Source of the DNA: Octopus sinensis
Lineage: Eukaryota
DNA: 64,000 nucleotides
Assembly (NCBI RefSeq): GCF_006345805.1
Contig: NC_042998.1
Location: 172,980,001-173,044,000, forward strand
Direction: 5' to 3'
The position numbers and the translations under genes were made by a program. Below, in pieces: positions 38,133 through 50,814 of this stretch. The notes below the pieces were generated by a model. That model saw nothing but the letters and a program-made list of their open reading frames with translations, searched no databases and had not been told where the DNA came from. Positions within the stretch are counted from its first letter, which is position 1; each line of letters begins with the position of its first letter.

Positions 38133-39144
38133 TAAACATAACAATGAAATACAAATATAAACATGAAAAATAAAAACCTAAATTAAAAGAGGCGATTAAA
38201 TTTTTTTTCCTAACCTGCAGCCGTTTCAGAAAAGTGGTTGTACGAAGTATTCGAAATTCAGCCCTCCTTCCTCAGGGTTCCTTTCTCGAAGTAAAAGCCA
38301 ACAAAAAGCAGTAAGGCACTACATGGTGAGTATTCAGTTGGTGAAAGTTCAGTTTTTGAGTATCGATGAATAAGTGACAGCATTATATCAGGTCATGAAG
38401 TTTTTCAAGAGGATTACCACGTTTAAATAAGAAATGAAAATCATTGAAAGGTTAACTTTAGTTAATCATACAAATAATAGCCAATGGGAATATTCCATTT
38501 GTACTGATATATACTACTATAAAAAAATAATTTAAGATTACAGGTTTGTGCATAAGTGTTCATTGGATCTAATGATCTAATTGGATCGTATTTTCAAAAA
38601 GCTATAAAATTTTATATTCTAAAAAAAAAAATTTTAAAGTTTAAGAAAATTATAAGACGCTGAATATTTATGCTTACAACATACTAAAATGTCTGTAATT
38701 TTATTTAATAAGTTGAGTTATTGAAGTTGAATTTTATTTGTGAGTAGAATTTATTGTTGATTACTGCTGTTGTTAAAACCGTTGTTAATATCGTTTGTTA
38801 TACCGTTAATTTTTGTGTTGTTAAACTTTCCCGTTGAGGAAAATGGAGAAGGCGCCAGAGGGCAGCCACAGCTATGCAGCCGCAACTGAAAGAAGAGCAG
38901 CGAAGGAAGCATTAGAGACCTTTGAAATAAAGGTAGAGCCCAGGAAGATGAAGGCTAGTGAGAAGCTGCTGAAAAAGGAAGGCGGAAAGATAAGGTTGAC
39001 GCCACCAGAGGAACAAATGAGCAACGTTAGGAAGAAGACTAAGAATGTGGCGAAAAAGAACACATGAAGGCGAGATGCCCACGAAAAGAACAGAGAGAGA
39101 CTACAGAATAGGTCGAACAGGCAGTAACAGGTGAGAATAATGAG

Positions 39145-39149
<5 letters not shown>

Positions 39150-39183
<34 letters not shown>

Positions 39184-39598
39184 TACATGCTATTGTATCA
39201 TAGTACAAACTCCCAAACAACTTACGTTGGTATATATGTTGATGCTTCTATTCAAGTACTTACATTGTAACATTTATTAGGTCCAGCAGACCATTACATT
39301 CTCTGACACAAAATATCTCGAGAGCTATTAAATATCTCCCCATTTGCCACGTATATAATAATCGACTCTATACTCAGTTAAGAATTGCTGCTTAATTCTA
39401 GATACTGAGATCACATGTAATGTTTGTAATGCGTGTAAACCTTTAAATTTGCTATGGCAACGTTCTAATGAAGCTACTTATGTGGACTGTATTAAGTCTC
39501 TGCTATTCTTTGTAAGACTGCATTAAATTCATTGACAACATATTTTTCAAGTATGAAAATTTCTTGCATCAATATTGCTTCCTTCTCCCACTTGTACA
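39150..39598 (+). repeat. Near-identical copy of 49771-50230 inserted between duplicated segments
   Basis: Three substitutions seen over about 420 bp of non-microsatellite sequence. Confidence 0.92.
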
Positions 39599-39860
39599 GG
39601 AAGCATTAGAGACCTTTGAAATAAAGGTAGAGCCCAGGAAGATGAAGGCTAGTGAGAAGCTGCTGAAAAAGGAAGGCGGAAAGATAAGGTTGACGCCACC
39701 AGAGGAACAAATGAGCAACGTTAGGAAGAAGACTAAGAATGTGGCGAAATGTGTTACGAATGTGGCGAAAAAGAACACATGAAGGCGAGATGCCCACGAA
39801 AAGAACAGAGAGAGAGTACAGAATAGGTCGAACAGGCAGTAACAGGTGAGAATAATGAGA
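39599..39860 (+). repeat. Direct duplication of about 38903-39150
   Basis: AGGAAGCATTAGAGACC...TGAGACAAC repeated; copy 2 has an extra AATGTGGCGAAA+TGTGTTACG. Confidence 0.92.
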
Positions 39861-41168
39861 CAACAGCGGTAGAAGAATTCACACTAGTGGAAAGAAAAAA
39901 GAAAGAGGAGCGGTAGAGTAAGCCCACCACCGACTAATCAGAAAAAGAAGAAAGAAGAGATGGAAAAGAAAGAGGTAACGAGAAAGAAAGATGATAAAAG
40001 TGAGACGGAAAAGGAAAGGGAAAAATAATTGAGAAGATGTGTGAAAAAGAGTCAGAGAAGGAGGAAACAAATATGAAGATGATAGGTAAATTGACGGAAG
40101 ACTCAGGAATTCAACTACAAGTGGACGAAACGGAGAAACTGTTTACAGTAGAGACGGAGAAAGAGAAGGTCCTAGACTCAGAGAAGAGTATAGAGGAATC
40201 TATAATAGGAAGGGTAGTGGAGGAAAAAAAGAGAAAGCAGAGAGGAGGGAGTTACAAATGGAATTTCGTGACCTATTCCAAGAACGAGGAGGTGGAGAAA
40301 AAATCGTAAAGTTCAAGCACATTATAAGGGTAAAGTTACCAAACGACGTGTACCCAGAGAGTGTGAATGCCATTGTGGTCGATAGGGAAACCTATAAGAA
40401 ACTGAGAGACATGTGTGGAAGTAAAATTGACACAGCCGGAGCACTGGTGGAGTTCAACGAGCTGCCACCAGTAATCGACCTGTTAGAATTGGAGCCTTAC
40501 ATGAGGCGTTAAAGAGGAATAAAAGTAAAATTAATTGGTCTTTTTTAAAAAAAAAAGAAGGAAAAAGTTTTGGAAAAAAACGATAATTAAGGAAAGAAAA
40601 AACAATAGATAGTTACTGTGTGTACAAATGTTCAAATGGTACTGCATGAGGAGTGGGCCCATGCAGCCAGTCATCATTCATTAATATATAATATTCATAC
40701 TCATTCGTTTTGTGATTTTGTCCCCACTGTGGTGTTGTGTCTGTCCTTGTAGTGTCCCCTCTGTGTTAGTGGCCTGAGTGCCTAATAAAGAAAATGTCTT
40801 TATTTCTATTACTAGCGTATAGTTTGCTATTCGATTCCTTGATGCAAAGCCTATACGATTTAGTATATATGTTCTATGGTGTTGATTCAGTAATTATCAA
40901 TCATCGTTAATTATACTCAATACTAGAATGTATGAGGTGGTTAATGTATGATGCTAATATCGTGGAATTTTTTATACAGGGGTGAATAAATGAATTCTTG
41001 TGTTCCCTATATCTATTTTTAAAATGAGTAGTACTCACTATATAAATTTTCCTAAGTCCGGAGCGTTAAACTAATAAACCTATTTGCTGTTTACACACCC
41101 GTCTTCGTCATTTGTTTGTTTCTTTTGTAAATTCCAAATATATATATGAATGTATGTGTGTGTAAGCA

Positions 41169-41218
<50 letters not shown>

Positions 41219-41566
41219 AACTGAGAATGTGTATCTGTCTGTCTTTGTGTTTCCCTAAAACTTGAGAGCTACACAACTAATTTCATTCTAAATTTACACA
41301 TGCCTTACTTAGGGTTCATGTAGTGTCATGGGCAAAAAATTCTAACTTCTTGCCTAGGGCGAGGCCACAGCAATATCATATCTTCTCCACTATCTCAGTC
41401 TTACGTGTTAAAAGTGAAACATAAACATCTCTCTATTGTATGTATATGGTTGTATATATATATATACACATGTATATATATATATATATATAGCTGTATA
41501 TGTATACATGCATATGCATAGCTGTATATGTATAGATGTATTTCTATAGATATACATGTATGTCTA

Positions 41567-41600
<34 letters not shown>

Positions 41601-41675
41601 TGTACATGTAATATGTACACATATATATATACATATATATATATGCATACATATATACACCCATACGCACACACG

Positions 41676-41706
<31 letters not shown>

Positions 41707-41726
41707 ACACACACACACGCATAAGT

Positions 41727-42055
41727 GCAGGTGTGGCTGTGTGGTAACAAACTTTGTTCCAAAACACATGGTCCTCAGTTCAGTCCCACTGTGTGGTAAC
41801 TTGGCATGTGTCTTCTGCTATAGTCTGAGACCAACTAAAGCCTTTTCAGTGGATTTTGTAGACAGAAACTGAAAGAAATCAATTGTATGTATATGTATGT
41901 ATATATGTAAGTCTATGTGTGTGTCTTCGTGTTTCTCTCTCATCACTGCTTCACAACTGGTGTTCGTTTATTTACATCCCCATAACTTACTGGTTTCACA
42001 AGAAGAAACTGATAGAATAAGTACCAGGCTTATCAAAATATAAAAAAGCACTACG
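41727..42055 (+). mobile_element. Degenerate tRNA-derived SINE, third head type (GGTGTGGCTGTGTGG..., GGTTCAGTCCCACTG-like B box), 3'-truncated
   Basis: Pol III box-like head, internal (TATG)n and GATAGAATAAGTACCAGGC segment. Confidence 0.7.
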
Positions 42056-42379
42056 AAGTGTCTCATATTTTTGTTTGCCCACTCAGTTGTATCTATCAAT
42101 TTATCTTTGTGTGTGTGTGTGTGTATATATATACATATATACATATATGTACACACACACATATATATATACATAACATAGTTCTTGAACCGGTACTTCA
42201 AGTAACGACTAGGGTAGGGTAACTGACTGCTTAATGTAATCATTCGTCGTTTGGTTTCCTGTAGTTTTGCTCTCTTTTACAAACCCAGTGAACATATATT
42301 TCATATTTCAAAGAAATTTAAACAATTGATATAAGACCCAAGTTAAAAAGATTTTCAACAATTCAACTTCTCTGGTTGA

Positions 42380-42692
42380 CATTAAGATACCCACCCCCAA
42401 CATGGGCCTGAACTCTCACATTTTAGAGCTCCATGACTTACACTTTTAGGAGCAAAATCTTTTTAACAGGTTCAATAACACTGAAATTTTGGAATATGCG
42501 CATAAAATCAGTAGTATGGGATACATGTGGCACGATTACAAATTTTGTAGGGTGTGTAAAGAGGGAAATAACCCTCATCTGCAATTTTGATGAAATTCGA
42601 AACATAGATATTCCAGTTCATTACAGAAAATATAACAGAAAAGTCTAATTCTTCAAGTGAATGTAACCGGGCAACTCCGGGTATCTCTGCTA

Positions 42693-42693
<1 letters not shown>
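42380..42693 (+). mobile_element. Non-autonomous Helitron (3' end clear)
   Basis: CCGG-GCAACT-CCGG hairpin, then CTAG(42690-42693)|T; 5' end approximate. Confidence 0.65.
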
Positions 42694-42731
<38 letters not shown>

Positions 42732-43360
42732 TTAGAGCTTCAATTTAAAAGCAGCATTGAACTTTTTAAATGCATATCTTGGAATTAACTACCACAGTAT
42801 ATAATAAATGGTAATCTGAAGACTGGTAAATCCGCTAATGGCTGTAGTAAGAAGATATTCTTCCATCATGAAATGACTCGAAGACGAGAATATGAAAAGA
42901 ATAAGAACGGCTAAATATAATTAGTAACAGATATAACATATACCTGAAACCGAAATGTAAGACTGAAAAATTAGGGAAAAAAATCCTTTCCATGAAATTA
43001 AAAATGTGTCTTCGTTTATTATTTTAACTTAAATTGCAGAAAAAATAACAATGCGGAAGAATACGTTTTGGAAGTAAGGATTAAAAAAATGTTGGCGAAT
43101 GTAAGCTAAAATTCAAGCTGTAAATGGTAATGTATTTAGTTGGTATGTAAAATATAATTTATTCTATTCCCATAAAATTCTGATGGGTTTTTCGAGCTTA
43201 ATTTAGAATTTAGTAATATATAGTATTCAATAAGTTATAGTTGTAAATATATAATACCGAAGACTGTACCAGAGTTACCGGTAGAGAAAAAAATATCACA
43301 TAAAAACTGATGGAAAAGACCGGCTGAAATGGATCTATAATACTGTATGCTTTGATATAT

Positions 43361-43451
<91 letters not shown>

Positions 43452-43454
43452 ATA

Positions 43455-43498
<44 letters not shown>

Positions 43499-44484
43499 TA
43501 TATGTATATATATATATGCGCGCGAGCGTGTGTGTTTGTATGCGTGTTTGTGTGTGTGTCTGCGTGTTTGAGTGTGTGAGCGTATATGTGTGCATGTAAA
43601 TAATACTATGGATATTTCTTTTAAGTTCTATATTAAAACATTTGTATTAAAACAAGATTTACTCAATAATTTTAGTAGAGATCATGTTAAACTTCTTGTA
43701 AAAATTCAACATACACAAGTGCGCATGCACACACACCACACAGATACACACATGCGCACATATACACAAACATACAAAACAGGATGCTATTCTTGAAATA
43801 ATAAAATCTTACATACATACATACATACATACATATACATACATACATACATACATATACATAAGCATATGTGCATATGTATAGAGAAAGAAAGCGAGAG
43901 ATTGATTCTTCGGAACATTATGGTTCTAATTGACAACACTGGGAGATTTTTTAGTTAATTTTTAAAATTAAATTATTTGGATAATTATTTAATTACGTAA
44001 TAAATGAATTTTATATTACACAGATAAGAGATACTGCGATGATTACTATTAATATTGAGATAATAACTATGAATAGTTAATGCAAATATAATATGCAGAA
44101 AGAATGTGAAGACTCTCTCTTTCATTTTTCACACACACAAAAATAATTCCTAAGCTCAGTTAGACTGTGTAAACGTTCCGACAGTCCAAGAAGTTCATGT
44201 GCGTGAATTTGTTTTCAATGGATAAAGTGTTTCACAACACTGAGCACACTTCTCAGCGCAAACAATAAAACCAGTGGCATAACAAAGGTTGAAATGACAA
44301 GAAACCAAATGCAATTCAGGTTTTCTCCTCGATTCCTAGAGGGAAGTCCTAACGAGAATTACGGTTTTTTTACTCCCATTGGTTCACATGCTAAACCCAT
44401 AGCGTGGAACCTAACAGATGCTACTACACCGCGTAGTAGACCAGGGAACAATTATATATATATATATATTTATTATATAGAAGG

Positions 44485-44535
44485 AGCTTCTACAGGACTA
44501 GAACTGTTTCATTCAAGAGAAATCATCAGGAAGCT
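44485..44535 (-). ncRNA. Type I hammerhead motif (mirror of 49636-49686)
   Basis: Exact reverse complement of 49636-49686. Confidence 0.7.
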
Positions 44536-44744
44536 AGTTAACAAGAATTGTTTTGGCATTTATACATTTAGGCAGGTTTAAAGGGGTGGTGGTGGGGGAC
44601 TTTTTGGGGGTAGGCATAGCGAAAAATATCATACTTAGGGGAGTGGTCAAGGAGTCAGTGGTAATGTAGATAAAAGAATAAATAAAAGAATAAAAAAAAT
44701 ATAAATAGAAGAATAGAGTTTTAGGTAAATAAGGAGACTCTCAG

Positions 44745-44800
44745 TTATACATATACACATATGTATATATATACACACACACACACATATACATACACAC

Positions 44801-44842
<42 letters not shown>

Positions 44843-45558
44843 ACATGTATATATACACACACGCCCACACATACATATACATACAAATATATACATACAC
44901 ACACATACACATACACACATACACACACATATATACGTACACACATGCACACACATGTCCATATATACACATATATGTATATATATACATATGTGTACCT
45001 ATACATACCTACACATACACACATATACATACACTTACAAACCCATTCCCTTATTTTAATTTTATTATTATTTTCATTTATTACTTTTGTTATCTTTGAC
45101 CGCGGTCACAAGCATCTTGGCTATCGTCCCCCTGGGGACGACAGCAAGTCCATTTATCTTTTTAACACAAGCATTCACTCACGCACGCACACTCATTCGC
45201 ACGCACACACACTCATTCGTACGTACACTCATCCACATACACGCACGCACGCGTTATATTCATACATACATACATCTACATACATTCACATATATACACA
45301 TACGTACGCGTACCTACAGATTCATGTCTACACGCTTACACATACATACCTCAATACACCCACAGAAGACTAGTCCATACATATACACCAATAAATATAT
45401 ATACACATATACACCTACATACACATACATACACATACACATATATATACGTATATATACATACATATACATACACCTATACATACATACATATATACAC
45501 ATACACACACCCACACATATACATATACATATATATATACACACATACATACATATAC

Positions 45559-45609
<51 letters not shown>

Positions 45610-45987
45610 TACACACATATACACATATACATGCGTACACATACACACACACACACACGCGCATCCATATATACACATAAGTACACACATGCGTAAAAGT
45701 ATACATATATTTATACATATGCTTTCACATACACACACACACACGCGCCTCCTTATGTTCATATACTTACATGCATACTCAAAAAATAAATAAATATTAA
45801 ATATATATACGTGCAGTTACCTATTCTACAGACGGATACATACATATAAACTTACACATATATACCTATTTACACATATGTATATATACATACATACATA
45901 CATAACTCTACATACCTACATATACATAAACACGCGAGCGTACACGTATATGTACATATACACACATACATACACATACATATACAT

Positions 45988-46026
<39 letters not shown>

Positions 46027-46117
46027 TACACATATATATACATATACATACAAGCAAACATATACACACTTACACATACATATATACACACACTTACGCA
46101 CATATATATATATATAT
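44745..46117. repeat. Complex (TA)/(CA)/(TACA) microsatellite mosaic
   Basis: Directly visible; part is a diverged direct repeat of 48780-49200. Confidence 0.9.
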
Positions 46118-47622
46118 GAGATAGGAATTATTAGCAAAAATATTTTAGACCGTATTTTAGTTAAGTTAGATAGTGAAGTAGACTTGAGAATTTGGAAGAA
46201 TAGTAAGTCAGTTATAGAGTGGTTTAAAGGTATTAGCTATAAGAATAATTGTAGTTTCACACAATTCGACATTATTGACTTTTACCCGTCGATATCTAGG
46301 ACGTTGCTCCTAAGGGCATTGGACTTCGCCAAGCAGTATGTCAACATCGATAGCTCGGAAATTGAAATTATTATGCATGCGAGGAAATCGCTTCTGTTTT
46401 TCGAGGATTCCACCTGGATTAAGAAGACTGAGGATTCTCTTTTCGATGTACCGATGGGGGCATACGACGGGGCTGAATTATGTATGCTCATAGGAGCCTT
46501 TATTCTCCATAATCTAAAAATAGAATTCCCATTTATAGATGCAGGTCTATATAGGGATGACGGCCTTATAGCCACGCATAATCTAAACGGCTATGAATCA
46601 GATAGACTTAGGAAGGACCTTATAGCTTTCTTTCAAAGGATGGGCTTACGGATTACGATAGATACTAACCTGAATAGTGTAGAATTTTTAGACGTAAATT
46701 TTAATGTAAGATCGGATAGATTTAAACCTTTCCGTAAGCCCAATGAAAAGCTATCGTATATTAGCAAAGATTCGAACCATCCACCAGTTATCCTTAGCAA
46801 CTTAGTCAGCAATGTAGGTAGAAGAATATCTTCAATTTCTACGGACGAGGCAGCATTCCATAATGCTGCACCTTATTACGATAGCGCATTAAAGAATAGT
46901 GGATTCTCGGAGAAGATCCAGTTCAACCAGCTTAATGCTAATAATAATGCTGCACGAAGAACTAGGACCAGGAAAGTTTTGTGGTTCAACCCGGCTTTCA
47001 ATTTGGCCGTAAAGACTAATATAGGTAAGGAATTTTTGAGATTAGTCTCTAAGCATTTTAAGCAGGGTCATAAATTCTACAGAATATTTAATAGAAGAAC
47101 CCTGAAGGTTAGCTATTCTTGTTGCAGAAATTTCGCCTCTTACATTAGCCAACATAATAGGAAGCTAATTGAGATTAGACATGGTGCCGAGCCCATTAAG
47201 AAATGTAATTTCAAAAACGAAAGCTCCTGTCCGTTTATAGAGCCAAGGTGCAAGTGGAAGGCTCATCGGAATACAAGACATACACAGGGGCTTCAGAAAA
47301 TTCATTTAAAACAAGATTTTATTCTCATAAGAATTTTTAAATACCCAGAGAATAGGAAGAAAACCAGCCTAGCAAAATATGTCTGGGAACTAAAAGAAAA
47401 GGAAGCCCCACCTTTCAACGTGACATGGAGCATTCTGGACAGAGCGGCACCATACAGGCATGGAGCTTACAAATATAATTTCAAGTGCAGGCTTTGCTAT
47501 TAGAGAAAATGCACATATTATTCAAAGACAATAATTCTTTGAATCAAAGAAGTGAGTTAATGAACTTATGTAGGCACGCGGCTAAATTTAAAATGTCGAA
47601 TATAAATATACCATATGGATAG
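46118..47622 (+). pseudogene. Penelope-like reverse transcriptase with C-terminal GIY-YIG endonuclease, 5'-truncated and frameshifted in EN
   Basis: FDIIDFYPSI, FDVPMGAYDGAELC, LYRDDGL, VEFLDV, SNHPP, WFNPAF; alternate frame VYRAKV...YTG...FKTRFYSH; CRLC..EK...LNQRSELMNLCRH, stop 47620-47622. Confidence 0.9.
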
Positions 47623-48620
47623 AGTATATTTTGTATTTGATTTTTTGATTTTGATTTTGACTCTTGAGCGCTACGACGGACCTAAAGCAAAGTCTTATTG
47701 TTTCTACATATATATTAGGAAAACCTACAAACTTTGTTTTCATGTTATTGTATTGCATAAGATTACCTTGATTATTTATATTACCTTGATTATTTATAAA
47801 TGACCCAAAATAGGATGTTATATTTTATTTTATATGTCTTTCGTATATATTTTTATTAATGCACCCATCTTTTAAAAGCAATGTTTTTTTAAAAAAAGCA
47901 ATGTTGTCAAATTTAGAATGTTTATATAAGTTTGTGTATAGCAAAGCATATGTATTTGTAAGCATGCGTATCTGTGTATGTGTAAGTGAAAGTATGCTTG
48001 TGCTTAAGCACGCATACACACGACGGTATGTATATGTATCAATTCAAACTTGTGTATGTATACTGGCCTCGAAAAGATGCCAATAATATCGCTACAAGTT
48101 TTTTCCCCACCCCTCCTTCGTTCCTTTTTCTCTCTTTCCCTTTCTTTCGTTCCCCCTCCTTGCTCAGTATATGAGAATTGCTACATAGATGAATTTTAGC
48201 TTGCGTGCGAGACGGTTTGCGTGAATATATGTACACATGCTTTTATGTGTATAATTTAGATTCATATTCATACGTCTGTATATGTATGTATGGCGTTTGC
48301 GCGCATCCTTTTGTGTATGTTGATATATATATGTGGATTTTAATATAAATATGTATTGCAGTATTTATAACAGGTTTAATTTCTATGCATTAATTTGTAC
48401 TGTCTTCATTAACGGCAATAGGTTTTTTCCTCGGTTTTTCCTCGGATTTTATAATTTTTATAAGTTTTTTTATATATTATACATATATTTTTGACCTTTT
48501 TGTTTATCGCTCGAAGATTGACCGTTTTTTCTAAAGGGCCAATCAAACAAGTCCATTTCTTTTTAAAGGTGTAGCGTTTGTAAGAGTATAGATTGAATTA
48601 ATATATATGTTCCATTCTAG

Positions 48621-48670
48621 CAAAAACTGTCTGATGAACGGCAACGAGAAACTCAGAGTAACAGATTTTG
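48621..48670 (+). ncRNA. Type I hammerhead ribozyme motif (HHR-A) in the PLE 3' region
   Basis: CAAAAACTGT-CTGATGA(48631)-A CG GCAA CG A-GAAA-C TC A GA GTA(48660)-ACAGATTTTG; helix I 9 of 10 pairs; helix III ACTC-A-GAGT. Confidence 0.75.
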
Positions 48671-48689
48671 TTGAATTTTCTGCTGCTTA

Positions 48690-48929
48690 AAATAAAGTAT
48701 ATATATATATATACATATACACACACATTCACATATTATATATATATATATATATACACACATACACATACACACATATATATACACGTATATACACATA
48801 AGTACATACATGCATACAAACGCATACTCAAGTAATAAATAATAAATAATAAGTATATATACATGCATTTACCCTTTATACAGACGGAAACATTCATATA
48901 AACATACACATATATATATATCTATATAC

Positions 48930-48960
<31 letters not shown>

Positions 48961-49056
48961 TATATACATATATATATATATACACCTATCTACACATATG
49001 CATATATACACACATACATGCACATACGTATAACTCTACATACCTACATATACATA

Positions 49057-49107
<51 letters not shown>

Positions 49108-49266
49108 CATCTACACATCTGTATATACACACACATACATGCACATACACATAACTCTACATACCTACATATACATCGACACACTAGCGTACACTTATAT
49201 ATATATATATATATATACATACATATACACACACATACACACACACATATATATATACATATATAT

Positions 49267-49319
<53 letters not shown>

Positions 49320-49470
49320 TACATATATACATATATACACACACACACACACACACTCATACATATATATATATACATACATACACACACACACACACAT
49401 AATACATGCGTATATTCCTACTATACCCATACATTTCTATACATATATACGATACACATATACAAGCGTA
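48690..49470. repeat. Complex (TA)/(CA)/(TACA) microsatellite mosaic
   Basis: Directly visible. Confidence 0.9.
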
Positions 49471-49635
49471 CACATACAATATGTGAAAGGTCTTAGGAGA
49501 AAAGGTAATCGGGGGTGCTAGGGGAACGGTGGGATTGGGGGGGTTGTGGGTGGGGTGTCGTCAATCTGGTTGCCGGGTAGGTCTATAGTTTAAACCTGCC
49601 TAAATGTATAAATGCCAAAACAATTCTTGTTAACT

Positions 49636-49686
49636 AGCTTCCTGATGATTTCTCTTGAATGAAACAGTTCTAGTCCTGTAGAAGCT
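49636..49686 (+). ncRNA. Type I hammerhead ribozyme motif (HHR-B) in the right inverted repeat
   Basis: AGCTTC-CTGATGA(49642)-T TTC TCTT GAA T-GAAA-C AG TTCTAGTC CT GTA(49680)-GAAGCT; helix I 6 bp; U-U at 10.1/11.1. Confidence 0.72.
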
Positions 49687-49769
49687 CCTTCTATATAATA
49701 AATTAATTTTACTCTGCTATGTATTGAGTACCTTATTTACTGTGGTTAACCCCGAATCAACCCGGGACC

Positions 49770-49770
<1 letters not shown>

Positions 49771-49816
<46 letters not shown>

Positions 49817-50230
49817 TACATGCTATTGTATCATAGTACAAACTCCCAAACAACTTACGTTGGTATATATGTTGATGCTTCTATTCAAGTACTTACATTG
49901 TAACATTTATTAGGTCCAGCAGACCATTACATTCTCTGACACAAAATATCTCGAGAGCTATTAAATATCTCCCCATTTGCCACGTATATAATAATCGACT
50001 CTATACTCAGTTAAGAATTGCTGCTTAATTCTAGATACTGAGATCACATGTAATGTTTGTAATGCGTGTAAACCTTTAAATTTGCTATGGCAACATTTTA
50101 ATGAAGCTACTTATGTGGACTGTATTAAGTCTCTGCTATTCTTTGTAAGACTGCATTAAATTCATTGGCAACATATTTTTCAAGTATGAAAATTTCTTGC
50201 ATCAATATTGCTTCCTTCTCCCACTTGTAC
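49771..50230 (+). repeat. Second copy (probable donor) of the segment at 39150-39598
   Basis: Near-identical sequence that continues into unique DNA here. Confidence 0.9.
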
Positions 50231-50344
50231 ATTTTCTTAATCCTTAATGTTAACATTTCTACGAATAACGTAAAAATGTCATCCGTATCATATCTTGCAA
50301 TAGCTATTGAGTTAGTTTTAATAATATTACTACGTGACTAAAAT

Positions 50345-50517
50345 GAGCGAGCTGGCAGGATCGTTAGCACACCGGGCTAAATGCTAAGCGGCATATCCTA
50401 CGTCTCTACGTTTTGAGGTCGATAAAATAAGTACCAGTTGAGCTCTGGCGTTTATGTAATCGATTTACTCTTCACACAAAATTGCTGGCCTTGTGACAAA
50501 ATTTGAAATCACTATTA
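50345..50517 (+). mobile_element. Internally deleted SINE (GAGCTGGCAG head, CTGGCCTTGTG..AAATTTGAAA tail)
   Basis: Head and GTCGATAAAATAAGTACCAG match the 34204 family. Confidence 0.7.
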
Positions 50518-50814
50518 CTTTTGCGAATATTTACTAATTTCAATAAAGTCCACAAAAATACTATCGTATGTATGATGTTAATATACACTCAAATCTCTAT
50601 ATAACACAACCTGTTTTGTGTTCATTGTTGATTATACAATTTTGGACTTCTGAGTAGTTTTCAAATTATGCCCAAAGATCAGAATACAGTTCTTTATTAA
50701 CCAAATGTAATATTTTGCTTCTTTAACTCAATACCATTTTCTAATTTTAACAACCTAGATTAGAAACTTTCTTATTATATCACTGACAATCAAGAGTTTG
50801 ATTTTAATGATGTA

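Larger units (their letters stand above)
38760..40795 (+). mobile_element. Probable non-autonomous L1/Tx1-like retroelement (ORF1-like remnant plus 3' tail, no ORF2), rearranged
   Basis: Pyrimidine-rich leader, MEKAPEGSHSYAAA start (38843), K/E-rich broken ORFs to 40512, tail TGTCCCCTCTGTGTT...AATAAAGAAA; no RT or APE motifs. Confidence 0.45.
44468..49703 (+). mobile_element. Penelope-like retroelement locus bounded by a perfect 115-bp inverted repeat
   Basis: 44468-44582 is the exact reverse complement of 49589-49703; encloses RT-EN remnant, microsatellite mosaics and two different HHRs. Confidence 0.8.

Noticed and set aside
43301-43345. CTGATGG...GAAATGGATCTATA as a hammerhead
   Set aside because: A9 is replaced by G and helix I does not form; at best a decayed relic.
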